In this document: piece after piece, positions 31,586 to 44,188 of the stretch
Layout: the number at the start of each line of letters is the position of its first letter
How positions within the stretch are numbered: the stretch's first letter is position 1
Virus record (IMG/VR): IMGVR_UViG_3300049033_000018
Location: 83,638-147,637 of that record
Strand: one strand, 5' to 3'
DNA length: 64,000 nt
Source: a virus
Notes under the pieces: model-generated
What the model was told of the DNA's origin: nothing
The model's database searches: none
Seen by the model: only the letters and a program-made list of their open reading frames with translations
Made by a program: the position numbers and the translations under genes

Positions 31586-33940
31586 TTACTTTTCTTTAAT
31601 TGGGCACCATTCAGGAATTTTTACCTTATCGTGCCATTCAACATAACCTTCTATTTTCTTTAACCCTCCAGCATCTTTGGATTTTTTACAAAACCAATCT
31701 TCTGGACGTTCCCATGAATCTGATGTGTAAACTACTTTCGTCTCTAAAAAAGGACATTCTTTACAACTTTTTATTTCTAATTTAATTGTTGCCATTTTAT
31801 TTTGTTTTTTTGTTTTTACGACCATGATAAGGGTCACCTTTAAAAGATTCATCATTGAATCCATGTCTTAATAACTCATTATCATCTTGTAATTTTTCTT
31901 TTTTTATTTCCTCTTCTTCTCTTGTCAAGAATGAGTATTCCTTATTCTTTTTTTCACTCTCCCAATACTTTATAAGTTGTTTCTTTTTCTGTCTATATTC
32001 CCATTTTAATCTTTTTTCTAATTTAGACCCAGGAATTACATTAGGAATTTGGTATCCTTGAGTTACATAACTTTTATGGTTACCAGTATATCCCCACATA
32101 GTTCTAGGTAAAACTTCAAATGTACGAATATCTAACATTGCAGTAACACAGTCGGCTGATTCAAAAACATATGGTGTTTTATCTTTGGTGCGGTTATTTT
32201 TTTCTTTAAATCGTTCAGTAAATTGTATATTTCCTGATTCATCAATTTCATAGCTACTCCATTTTCTTTCTTCAAATTCTTTAAGAAAGTAATAATGTCT
32301 TATATAGTCAGGAATATGATGAGTCCTTTTTAAATAATAAGTGAATGTCTTATTAAAACTTTTCCCTATATTATTCTCAATAATCATATGTACATATTTC
32401 CATATAGAAATATCACCAACTCTTTTGCCTTTTTTCCAATCCCCAAAATCCCAACCCTGTTTGATTTGTTGAGGTCTTCTAAAAGCTTCTTTAAAAGGAT
32501 ACTTATCACATGCCATAGGAAAATTAACAAACCCTTTACTTGCACCTATTTCTACTCTAAATTTACAATGCTCTTCCCAATTCTCATTTTCATCCTCTTC
32601 TGGATACCACCAATCATCATATTCTGAGAATTTATACCCAAATTCAACATTTAAATTTAATCGAGCCATATTAAAATATTTTCTGATTATTAGACTGTTC
32701 GTCTACATTCTTTTTTATAAAAATTTCTACGTCTTTATTTAATTCATAACATTCAGGAATATTTTCAGAATCTTGTTCATAAAGTTCTAATAAATTTCCT
32801 AAAGCTAATAGAAAATTTGCTGAATCAGCAATATATTCTTTAGAAGCTTTAAGATTCCCCATCCTGATAGCTATCATCATTTTTGCTTTGTGATACTCCA
32901 ACTCTGTAATGATACCTTCAAAATCTTTGAAATCAAATATAGTTCCTTTTCTGGAATTATTTTTAAGCTGGATTTCCATTTCTTCTGCAAATCTCCTTAC
33001 TTTATCATTCATTATTGTAAAATTAAAGTTTTATTCCACCATCCTGTGTAAATAGCTTTATTAATTGAAAAAAGACAGTCCCAACATTCAGCTACTTCTG
33101 AATGGTCAGCAAAAAATACTTTTTTACCTGTTTTATTTATTGCTGAATAAATGTTATCTTCTTCTTTAAAAGTAACCTCGGTGAAATTCTCATTTCTTTT
33201 ATTTCTAGGATTAAATAAAGTTACTTCTGATTCTAATTCTTTATTGTTAAGATTTTTAACAGGAATAAAAAGATAGCACATATTACCTCTTGAAGCACTA
33301 GGAAATCCATCATCTTCCATATCATAACTTTTTACAGGAACTCCTTCTTTAACTTTTAACCTAGCTTCATAATGTTCCCATACTTGTCCAAGATAATGGA
33401 GAGTTCTTTCTAATTCATAGTAATCATCAAGCTCTTGTTTATGAGTCTCTCTGTACTCTGTTCTTAAAGCACTTCTCTCCTCCCTTGTTAAAGCAATACC
33501 TTCAACTGCTTTTTCAAACTCTATCCATATATAACAATCATAAATTTTAGGAATAATTAAGTATGCTAATTGAAAATTACTATATTTAGTTCCTATCATC
33601 ATATATAGTGCTATTTGCTCTTTTGTAATAGGAGTTTCATTATAGAAAGGAGATTTCAGTAACCATTCATAAGTACTATCTATTGTTTCCAATATGTAAC
33701 TTTTAATAAGACTTCTCTTCTTACTGACTAAATCCTGAGGTAATATTTCAAGATAGGTTTTACCTTTTATATATTCTACTATTTCCAAATATAAATCATC
33801 AGTAAAAGTATCTAGAATTTTCTCTGTCTCTCTATGGTGAGCATACATTTCTTCATTAGTTTCAAATTTTTCAGGTCTAACATACCCTGTTCTTTCTTTA
33901 AAAGTCTCATTTAAACTGAAGTTTGTAAAATTCATGATGA

Positions 33941-34312
33941 TTATTTTAAAAGTTTAAAAATTTCTGAGTTATAATCTGAATAAGAGTGCATATTTTCACA
34001 CAATTCTTCTTCTGTTCTAAAGCTTACAAAGCCTTCATTAGTTACTCCTAAAGTCAACTCTTCCCAACCTTCTACATCTTCAAATACAAAGCAGAAGTTT
34101 TCATTACCATCATACACTCTTGTATCAATTAATTTTGGATTAATACCTTTAAGACCTACCTCTTCCATGACTTCTCTGATAACAGCTTGCTCAGGAGTTT
34201 CACCCTCTTCAACTTTACCCCCAACTAGACCTAAATCATAATGATTATCTTTTCTGGATATTGAAAGTACAAACCCATCTTTTTTAATAACAGCTACTGA
34301 AACTTGTTTCAT
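33941..34312 (-). CDS. NUDIX hydrolase
   Basis: Nudix box GGKVEEGETPEQAVIREVMEEVG. Confidence 0.92.
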   Translation of the reverse strand: MKQVSVAVIKKDGFVLSISRKDNHYDLGLVGGKVEEGETPEQAVIREVMEEVGLKGINPKLIDTRVYDGNENFCFVFEDVEGWEELTLGVTNEGFVSFRTEEELCENMHSYSDYNSEIFKLLK

Positions 34313-34330
34313 AGTATAATTTTTGATTTG

Positions 34331-34438
34331 TTATGTAGAGGGGACTCGAACCCCTGACCTGACTGTTACACCCCTATAAAGAGGTTGGTTTTCCAAACCA
34401 TTATTGGCAATCTGCTCTACCCACTGAGCTACTACACA
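34331..34438 (-). ncRNA. tRNA-like RNA with a 42-nt branched insert in place of the anticodon loop
   Basis: Acceptor TGTGTAG/CTACATA, D arm GCTC-AGTGGGTA-GAGC, stem GATTG/CAGTC, T arm AGGGG-TTCGAGT-CCCCT. Confidence 0.8.
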
Positions 34439-34449
34439 CCTTAATTTTA

Positions 34450-35256
34450 TTATTTTACTGTCTTAACAAAAGGAAGACCAGACCCTGACCAAGTAGAAGG
34501 TAGAACCCCATTCCATTTGTCAATAGCTTGCTCTTGTAGAATCTCAGGTGTTAAGCCTCTTGACCTAATAACAGCAGCCTCAGCCTGTAATGAAGCAAGT
34601 TCATTTCTTTTTCTTTGTTCCTCAATTTGTTGGTCTAATACAGTGATATTGGTATTAACCTCATTTCTACTGTCAATTTTCTCAGTAACTTTTTGACTAA
34701 ATTCTAACTGACATGAGAAAGTTTTAAGTTCCAAACCTCTTTTAGCAAATTCTGCTGTAACAAGTTTCTCAACGTGTCTTTCAAATTTAAGAGACCCACC
34801 AGTTGCCATTAAAGAGTCAGTAGGATAAAACCTTGAAGATTCTTTCATGATGTCATAAATCTTAGCTTCTAAAATATTGTCTTCTAAAGACTTCATAAAG
34901 TCATCACCTTTTTCAATCTGCTTGTTGTCGAATACCACATCAACAGCACGGTTATCAATTACTTTATAAGAGTAAGACGGACTTGAAGTAAAAGCAGTGT
35001 TATCAGCAGCTTTCAATTTTAAAGGCTTCTCAAAGGTTGCTCTCTGTTCAAACAAAGGTACTTGAAATAACTCAGTTCCAGGTGCTATAGTAGATACTCT
35101 ACCTTTTACAAGTGAGAAGTCTGTCTTACCATTCTTACCCCAGTCTTGCATCAATACTCCTTGATAATTTGGTGCAACTCGTTCACAACTCAATAATGTG
35201 ATTGATGCTAATGCTACTAAAAATAGTCCCTTAAAACTTTTCATTACTTTTTTCAT
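34450..35256 (-). CDS. SPFH/band-7 domain lipoprotein
   Basis: Lipobox LLSC, V.P.Y.GV, C-terminal LTPEILQ.QAIDKWNG.LP. Confidence 0.8.
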   Translation of the reverse strand: MKKVMKSFKGLFLVALASITLLSCERVAPNYQGVLMQDWGKNGKTDFSLVKGRVSTIAPGTELFQVPLFEQRATFEKPLKLKAADNTAFTSSPSYSYKVIDNRAVDVVFDNKQIEKGDDFMKSLEDNILEAKIYDIMKESSRFYPTDSLMATGGSLKFERHVEKLVTAEFAKRGLELKTFSCQLEFSQKVTEKIDSRNEVNTNITVLDQQIEEQRKRNELASLQAEAAVIRSRGLTPEILQEQAIDKWNGVLPSTWSGSGLPFVKTVK

Positions 35257-36321
35257 TCTGATTCTTTTTTGGTTTTAAAATTAATAAATATGTTAAATAG
35301 ATTGTACCACCCATGATACCAAACCCAAGGTATGGGTCAAATGTGTTCCAGACTCTTATTCCACCTATGAATAAGAAGAACATTGCAATTGCAATTAAAA
35401 TTGTTTTCATTATAAGTTATCTCTGTTTATTAAATAGTTTCTTATTTGAAACATTTGTTCCTCATTAATTCGTACCCCACTAGAAAGTTCTAAGCTTTTA
35501 ATAAATCTACTCCCATTATTTCTAAACCAATAGGCTTCTAATTTAGCACACCCATATATAAAGTAAGTTCCTTTATCCTCTCCAACATGCCCATTAATTT
35601 TTGGCAAAGTTGTTATTTTGTTAATCTCTTCCTGAGTAGCTTTTCTAAAACAATCTGGGTTCTGTTCTATTCGTGCTACACCTCCTAAATGACCAATTGC
35701 TACTATTTGACCTTTAAAAGTTTCAACCCCTACTATTTTCTGAGGGGACACCTTATCTGTAGTAAAAGGATGATTGTGGTCATATTTAGGATGTTCACTC
35801 TGATTAAAGCCATTACATGTAGCTATTAACCAATCCCCAACTTCATATTGAATCTTTTTCTTTTCTTCTCCATAGATAGCTTTAAACCATATATCAAACA
35901 CACCTGCCTCTCTTAATCTACTAATGTAGTTTGTTTGTTCAACTGATATATCATAAGGCATTAAACTATTTTCCCAGTTACCTTTTGTATTACTAATACT
36001 TAAAGCTGCTTGTTTGTATTCTTCTTTTGTAAGCTTATACCCAATGAGTTTCTTTTTTAAAACATATTTTACAAACTCTTCAAATGTAATCTCAGTACCG
36101 AAATCTGAAAAACTAGTTTTAATTGAATCTGGATTATTTGGATTATGCCCCTTACTAAGTTCACCAGTCGAAAGTCTTTTAGATATTCCTACTATATTTC
36201 CTACAGGAAAACCAAATCCAAACCATTCTTTTATGCTTTCATAATTTTGGTTATTTGATACTATATACCAATTTTCTGGTAAAATAAATTCATTATTCAT
36301 AATTTAGTTATTAATTATATT

Positions 36322-36380
36322 TGCAAATATACTAAAAAAATATGAGACTCACAAGGAGTCTCAAGTTAAAGTTATGTTAA
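36322..36380 (-). promoter_or_regulatory. Promoter with TTAAC box and overlapping terminator hairpin
   Basis: TATATTTG at 36324-36331; TGAGACTC/GAGTCTCA hairpin; GTTAA at 36365 and 36376. Confidence 0.75.
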
Positions 36381-37660
36381 TTTTCTGTCTCAATATCTGA
36401 AATACCTGCTTCCAACTGTTTAGATTCACCTTCAATGAACTTTGGTGATTTCAGCTTGAATATCTCATCCGTATCTCTCAATCTGATACAAACCCCTTCA
36501 TCAACTTTACAGTCTGGATAAGATTTATCTAAGTACTGGGTCTTTAGATAATCTAACAATTGGTCTTGCATTGTAACATCTCCCACAGTGAATGGAGGTA
36601 CAACTTCTCTGACTTTACCAACGAAATACTCATCTACATATTTCAATCCATATTTCTCACAGTATCTCTTAACTGCCTCCCATGAAAGCTCATGTACATT
36701 CCCATCTTCATTTGTAAAAGTGATTCTGTAAATAAATATTTCATAATCAAACCCATAAGTATAGTCAGCACCCTGAACTCCATTTCCTACAATCTCTCCA
36801 TAAAGGGTAATTCCTTTCTCCACATTGTCTTTGTGCATCTCATAGGCTCTTCTCCAAATATCATTTGAATAATAACTAGGAGTATGAGATTTCCATCCAA
36901 CTTGGTCAGCCTCTACACCTTTTGGTAGTCTTGACTTAGGTTTTCCAGAAGAATAAATAAAGCCATATTGGGTCTTTTTCTGAGGGATAAATCTATCAAT
37001 CAACCTCTCAAACCAGTTTAGTTTTTTATTGACTAGAACATGTGCTAAAATCAGTGATGAACCATGATATTTTCTAGTTACAATAAATTGAGTTCCAGAA
37101 TTGAATTTCTCTAGGTTTCTAGCAAAATGAGCTGTGTCTGAGTGGAATCTGAATTGATTATCAATGATAACATCTTTTAATTTATTTTGCTTAGGTGTTT
37201 TCTCACCCTTAGGTAATCCTGATTGTCTTACAGGAACCTCATACTTTTGACAAATCATTACCTCATCAATGTGAGTAAATGTGTCCCCTTCTTTAAGGTC
37301 TCCTTCCTCAATTGGTAAAGAAGTAAGAGGTAGTAACATTCCATCTGAAACAGTTCCTCTTAATTTTAAGGCTTTAACCAATCTTCTTTTAGCAGAAAGA
37401 TACCCTTTTTGAGTGGTATCTTTGTTTAAAGCTGGGTCATCATAGAGATTACTATCATGACAAATAGCCTCAGAGATTTGAGTTCCTGCTACAAAGTATA
37501 GCATTAAATCCCCTTCCTGTACTGCTTTGGAAACAATCACGTTGTTCCCAAGTAATACAACTCTTTGAATTTTATCAGCTCCCTCGATTGCATGAGGTTT
37601 TCCAATCCTGACAACTGTACAAGGATAATTTGATGAATTTTCGTCTATTGTTAATTTCAT
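36377..37660 (-). CDS. RNA ligase (Rnl2/DRB0094-like, N-terminal OB-fold)
   Basis: IEGADKI..., KLRG.VSDG (OB); motif I TRKYHGSS, GEIVG, EGVC, FKLKS. Confidence 0.85.
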   Translation of the reverse strand: MKLTIDENSSNYPCTVVRIGKPHAIEGADKIQRVVLLGNNVIVSKAVQEGDLMLYFVAGTQISEAICHDSNLYDDPALNKDTTQKGYLSAKRRLVKALKLRGTVSDGMLLPLTSLPIEEGDLKEGDTFTHIDEVMICQKYEVPVRQSGLPKGEKTPKQNKLKDVIIDNQFRFHSDTAHFARNLEKFNSGTQFIVTRKYHGSSLILAHVLVNKKLNWFERLIDRFIPQKKTQYGFIYSSGKPKSRLPKGVEADQVGWKSHTPSYYSNDIWRRAYEMHKDNVEKGITLYGEIVGNGVQGADYTYGFDYEIFIYRITFTNEDGNVHELSWEAVKRYCEKYGLKYVDEYFVGKVREVVPPFTVGDVTMQDQLLDYLKTQYLDKSYPDCKVDEGVCIRLRDTDEIFKLKSPKFIEGESKQLEAGISDIETEN

Positions 37661-39727
37661 ATATCGTATTTAATTTTTAAATGGTTTAAAACTCTTTTAA
37701 TCTCCTCGGCTGTAGGAACATCTGTAGGAACATTTTCCCAAGGCTTAGCCCAAATTCCATCCTTAAATAAAGTAAATTCAGTGCGTTTACTGTCTAATGT
37801 TAACGCATTATTATGAGAATTAAATCTGTATTCCCCTGCTGTTTTTTGTCCAGATTTCCCCGTACACCATATACTATCAATATAAATATCCTGAACTAAA
37901 CCTCTTTTCTTAGCTTCTTTAATAAGCATATCTTTAACTTCTTTTGGTGTAGCTTCTCTATTCCAGTTATTATCATTGTTATAACTAGCAAATCCCCATT
38001 TGTCGTTTACCCAATTTCCATCAAAATCAACTCCAAATGCTTTGCAGTCTCCATCTGTACCAGCATGTATCATTATATCTGTTACATAAAATATAGATTG
38101 GTTAGGGTTAGCCTTGTACCATTTACCTTTTTCTAAAACATTCTTTTTAAATACATCAGGAAATTGTGTTTTGAGTTTATCTTTCCAATCTTGACAGGCT
38201 GCATTATATGCCTCTTTGATAAATGATTCTGATACTTGATATGTCTTTTCCATTACATTCCTTTTGTTTGGTTAGTGATGGGGATAAAAATAATTCTACC
38301 CCCGATTATTCTTACTACTTTTATCATATTAATCTATGTCTAATGTGTAGTAAGGGTTACCTGTCTCTACAACAGTAATTCTATTTGCCTTTCTGTAGTC
38401 TAATTCTCTTTGAATGTAGACAGGAAGGTCATCACCCTCTGGTAAGTTTTCTTGAAGAAGAAATAAATCTCTGTCTGAAACACTTTTGATTGGGATTCCT
38501 CTTTCAGGAAGGTCACCATCTTTTTTATTCCAGATTGTGGTCAGCCTTTCATCAGCAATTCCAAACTGCTTCATAAATTTTTCATCCTCAGTGTAAACCC
38601 AATTTCCTGTGAACTGCCCTAATACATTTGCTTTGATTAGTACTTCACTCATTCTGAAATTAGGATTCTCTAACCAGACTTTTTCAACTTGCTGTTCTTT
38701 TTCTTTCCATCTGTTTAAAAATTTATCAACAAATGTTTTTTGAGCAATACCTACTACATTTTTGATATAACTCTCTTTTACTGTATCTCTTGAATAAATA
38801 TCAAGGAGTGTTGGGATTCTTTGTGGATTACGACTCATTTTTTTTATTATGATTTTTAAATTCTTGTTGTCTTTTTTTCACTTGGTTCCCAAATACAAAA
38901 GGGAATATAACTAGTAGTAATATTAATAAGAATACTATCTTCATTCAAAAAATTCTAAATTATCAGGTTTAATTCCTTCAATTGTTGCTACCTTTTCCTT
39001 TGAAAAAGTTCGTTTGATTCTGTCAATTCTAGTGCCAGACTCATCATAAACATCTATTGTGACATTTGTTGTACTAGCAATAGCTTCAACTTCAAATCCA
39101 TCACTAATTAATTTTTTAGCTCTCATAATAACATCTTCCTGAATGCTTGTAGGAATTGTTTTTTGTTGCACTAATGTGCTAATCTCTTTTATGTTCATTA
39201 GTTTCTTAATTTTAAATTCAGAAATTCTATTACTTGTTCGTCCCAATCAGTTTCTTCCTCTTCCCAATCAGTATTTATGTGTTGAGTTTCAAATTCTAAA
39301 GCCCAACCTCTTATTACTTCAAGCATATAAATAGAGCCTTGCTTTGAAGTCCACTTATCATATTGGGGGGATTCTGGAGCTTCCCTCATCATAACACCAT
39401 AAGTCTCCATATAAGAGATAAATCCATTAGGAAATGATACCCCAATATAATCTTCACGAGAACCTTTATCAACTGAAACTGTAAAATCTACTCTGTTTGT
39501 CAGGAGAGAATCAAAGTTACCTTTTTGTAAGTAATCCTCAACAGCATTATCTTTAACAACTGAAAATTGAGGAATTTTATCACTGAAATCAAACCGAGTT
39601 ATATAATTACCTTGTTTAGTTCTAACTGTTCCAGATTCCACTTTATCACCTTCTAACTGAATAGTAAAAGTTTCCCCTACAATTTCTACTTTTAGTGTTT
39701 TATTAACACAATCTAAATATGCTGTAT

Positions 39728-40201
39728 TCATTGTAAATCTTTTAAGGTTTGTTCAATTATTAATTTAATAGCCTTATTCAAGCCTCTACTGTCTTCCATT
39801 ACACCTGTAAACATACGAGTAATAAAATCTAGCTTTACTTTACAAAACTGATTACAATAAAATCCTTTATCCATAAATCTGGAATTGTGGGGTATTAAAG
39901 CATGTTCATCCTCTGTTGTTGTAAGGGCAATACAATAAGCTGTATCTTTCATTACTTTAGCTACAACTATTGGTCTATGTTTACCATTAACTGACATTCC
40001 TGAAAATACATCTCCTTTTTTAATGACATTAGGCTTTGCTCTTTTGAACTTTGGTAGCATAACATCTGATTTTATTTCAGTATTAGTGGGAGCCGATTTA
40101 TACTCAGCTTCAACTTTGGTAACAATCTCTCTCACAACTTTCATTGAAAGTGTAGGCTTATTTTCTTGCCCCATCTTTTTTAGGATACTGTCTAATTCCA
40201 T
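39728..40201 (-). CDS. Possible PemK/MazF-fold protein
   Basis: KKGDVF....GKHRPIVV......CIALTT pattern after a ~60-aa N-terminal extension. Confidence 0.45.
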   Translation of the reverse strand: MELDSILKKMGQENKPTLSMKVVREIVTKVEAEYKSAPTNTEIKSDVMLPKFKRAKPNVIKKGDVFSGMSVNGKHRPIVVAKVMKDTAYCIALTTTEDEHALIPHNSRFMDKGFYCNQFCKVKLDFITRMFTGVMEDSRGLNKAIKLIIEQTLKDLQ

Positions 40202-40203
40202 TT

Positions 40204-40261
40204 TGCAAAGATTAAAAAAATAATTGAATTACACAACTATTTAAAGTTAAAGTTTAGTTAA
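40204..40261 (-). promoter_or_regulatory. Promoter with TTAAC box abutting the start codon
   Basis: AATCTTTG at 40206-40213, 4 nt before ATG 40201; GTTAA at 40246 and 40257. Confidence 0.65.
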
Positions 40262-43200
40262 ATTTTACTAAGCTATGTCACTATATAACTTAGATGAAGG
40301 AAGTTGTTTAGCTCCCATCTCATTGAATGGAAGCTTCTTACCAACTGTTTTGTTAATTCCTTGAGGTACACAATCATCGACTTTGACCTCAGGAGTTCTT
40401 TTTTTTATTTTTAATAATTTGAATTTCATAATTAATATTTTTTAATTAGTTCTTTAAGAAACTCGAACCTAGGCTTATATAAATTAAGTTTAAAATAATA
40501 TATCTGATTATACATTAAAGCTGGTTTATTTTCTTTAATAATAGAATCCAGTAAATCTCTATCCTCTCTACTAATTTTGTTATCCTGCCAAAGTCTCCAA
40601 ACGTAGATACACATTCCTGTTGCTCTCATTTCTCCTTTAACAAAATTAGTATTATCCTGAATGATGTTAAGGAGTTGAATTAAAAGGAGTTTCTTCTTAC
40701 TGAAAAAAATCCTTGCGATAAAATAAAAAAACTTTCTCATAAATGCATTAAAATTTCTAAAATTAAAATAATAATTTCTATTAAACCTTTAAAGAATCTT
40801 TTCATACATCATAAGGTATATCAGATTCCGTTACCTCTAACCCATCAAAATCAATATTGATTGTGGTGTCACCAAACCCAGCCTCTTTTAATACAGCATT
40901 TGCTTTTTTAAGTTGAGTTGTAATTTCAATCTTAGCTAACATAATAGCTTCTTCTTTTGTTTCTGCTTCTACCTCACCACAATCAAAGTTTAACCAAATG
41001 GTGTTAGTAGAATTTGAATAATTCCAAATTTTCATTTTAAATCTTCTTCTTTTAATTCGTCAATACCTTTAATTCTATCAGTTAAATCGCCTGATAAAAT
41101 TTCTTTTAATCTCTTTTTAGCTTTTTCAAAAGTATCAAAATAATTATTACCTAAAATCTCTGACTTTGACACTTGAAAATACACATTCTGTTTCACGTAA
41201 ATTACATAAGGAAACTTAACACAATGATATTGATATGCTCTCTCATTAGAACTAGAGTTCAATACCTTACCAATTACTATCAATTTAATAATTTGTTTAG
41301 TCCTCCAATCAACTTGATATACAATATCTCCTAATTTTTTATACTCTGTTAAGTCAAAATCTTTGAAGACATCTAAGTAAATGTTTTTTTCTTCCATTTT
41401 ACTTCTTTGTTTCTAAATTATAATTTAATCTACCAAACTCACTAATAGAAAGCCAAACCTGTTCCATTGTGGCTTCGTTAGTTAAAGACTTATCTAAAAT
41501 ATCTTGAGCCTCATCATCAGAAAGGTTTTCACCTCCTTCTAACTTGTCTTTGACATCAGTTATAGTCCAAAGATTGCCTGTATAATAACCTGCATCTTTA
41601 AGCAATTGTTTTGCCTCTGCAATCTTTTTATCTTGCTCAGTTAGTTCTACATCATAAATTTCAGCCTCTTCTCTGATTTTTATAATCTTTCTGTCTTCCA
41701 GTGGAAAATCCTCCCAGTGTGGGAATTCAATCATATCAGTAACTGCTTTATGAATTTGCTCCTTTGATAAATCAGCATTCACTGAAAAATTCATAGTTAC
41801 TTCTACTTGTTGATACATTTTATTATTCATAACATTTGTTTTAGAATGTTGTGTCTTTAAATTTAATTTCGTGAACGGAAGGATAAAATTCTATCTTATC
41901 CAATAAATCTATTTTCAATTGCCACTCCATATCACTATGAACAATGAAAATATTTGAGTCTCTGTGTCTTCCATCTGCGTTCCATGAGTCAGAATCAACA
42001 TAATCTGCTTCCTCTCCCTCTTCATAATAGATAATTAATTGAGCAAACTCATCATAATCCAACTGAATAGCTAAATACTGGTCTGATATTGCTGGATGAC
42101 TAATATATACCCACTCACATTCAGACTCAAAATCGTATGTGACAGTATGGTCATAATCTAAGAAATGTACCAGCAGTGACCTTAAATAAGGATTATATAT
42201 GGCAATAACATGTCTGTCTTGAGGCTGATTTGAAAGCATTTCTCCTTCTGGTAATGCTTTTCCTTTACTTATAATTTTTGGCTCGTTTGCGTTCATAATA
42301 GCTTTTTAAATTTTATATTTTAAATGCCCAATAATATCATCAATGAAATGAAGTCGGGTGCCTTTATCATCATGACTCCAAAACTCTTTCTCTTCTAAAA
42401 TTAACATAGAGGGAGTGTATTCTTCATTGTGATGTTCTTCAGATACCATCCATGAATAAGGGGATAGCTGTTCAATATCTAGGAGTCTCTGTCGAAAATC
42501 CTCTCTCAATTCTGGAACTTTATTTTGAATAACCCAGCAAATATACATTTCCTGTTTATCTTCATCATAAGATTCTAAAATGATTTTAACTTTTTCATAA
42601 AGTTTAATGTATTCTAATGAAGTCATGATTAATCTTGTGTTGGTAGTTGTTCAATTAAAGGAATTACATTTTCATAACCCCCTCTATAATTAAGAGTTTC
42701 TTTACCTAAATCATTGGTTTCCCATAGATTTCTCTGAACATCATGTCCTATTGTCTTCTCTAAAAATCTGTAGGGACAACTATCTCCATAAGCTGTATTA
42801 CTTAATCCCTCAGTAATGTGTCCTAAAACTCCTATACAACAAAAAGAAGTCTGTTGTCCTTCTATTTTTATTTCTAACTCTCTATACCCCTGAATAAAAT
42901 CTCCTGATTTAAGGGCACCCAACCATTTCTCTTTTATTTCTGTGGTGAATTTTTCAGGGGCTACTATGTTTTGATTATTGTTGTTCATAACCTTTGTTTT
43001 TATGTTTAGGTTTACGTTGATATTGTTTTTTTGACCTGTGTACTTTTGGTATTGTTTCCTGCCAAATTTCCTGCATTGTCAGTGTGATGCTAACCAATTT
43101 CTGATTCTTATTAGTCTTACTCATTACCTTATTTATTAAAGTATTCGATACTCCCAAAAATATTTTTTTCTCCTACTTCTTCAATAATATGAATATGTTC

Positions 43201-44125
43201 TTTAGATACAAATAAACTACTTGAACAATATTGTTTATTAGGGGAATAAGAGTAGGAATTTGAAAATGCTTTGTTACCATGTTCAGCTACTATTATTTCT
43301 TGTCCTCGTAGGTCATCTTCCTCTACTAAGTACCCATGATACCACTTACCTTGCTTTGGTAAATTTAAAACCAATGCTTTAAATACTTTATGTTTCATAT
43401 CTTTAATTTCTACCAAATTCTTTTTGTCTCAAATCCCACTCTTCCTTAAAGAATTTAGGAACAACTCCGAACAGATAATTTTTAAGCTCATTGTATTCCT
43501 CTTCTTTAATTCTAATACTCATTAGAGTTATATCATCAAACTTGATATACTTTTCTGTCTGTATTTCAAAGTTGATACTATCTCTTTTCAAAACTCCTCT
43601 ATCTATATTCTGAGAATCAAATAAAACTATCTCATCACAGACACAATACACTTGCTTACCGTCAAATTCAATGTTAGTTACTTTGTACATGTAGTATTGT
43701 TCAGTTCCAAATGCGCCCTTAAAGTAGCCTCCATTGGTTTTAATATCATCTACAATGGCTAAACATTCTTTGTTTGCTTCTTGATATTTGAGTTCATCTT
43801 GTCTTTTATCTTCAACCTGAATTTCAAATAATTCTTTACCTGTTTTTTCAGGAAAAAGTTGTGCTAAATATTCTATACTTCTCATAAGTTTATTTTTAAT
43901 ATATTCCTTATACTAACATCATTTAAAGACCTTGTGAAAGATACCAACCACTTTGAATTAGGGGTTTCATCTTGTTTTATAATTCCATGTGCTAATGGAT
44001 TTAATACCTGCTCATTATTTATTTCAATAGATAACTGTTGTCTTTCTCCTACTGATAAAGAAGAAATATCATATTGAATATAATGTTTTACTAAATTGTT
44101 ATTTATTTTCATTTTATATTTTTAG

Positions 44126-44188
44126 TACCACTAGAGAGAATTGAACTCTCACTCCTATTCTTTCAGAGCCTCAAACCTGAGAAGTGGT
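44126..44188 (-). ncRNA. Minimal intergenic tRNA-like element
   Basis: ACCACT/AGTGGT closing stem; T arm GAGAG-TTCAATT-CTCTC; CTCA-GGTT-TGAG hairpin. Confidence 0.5.
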
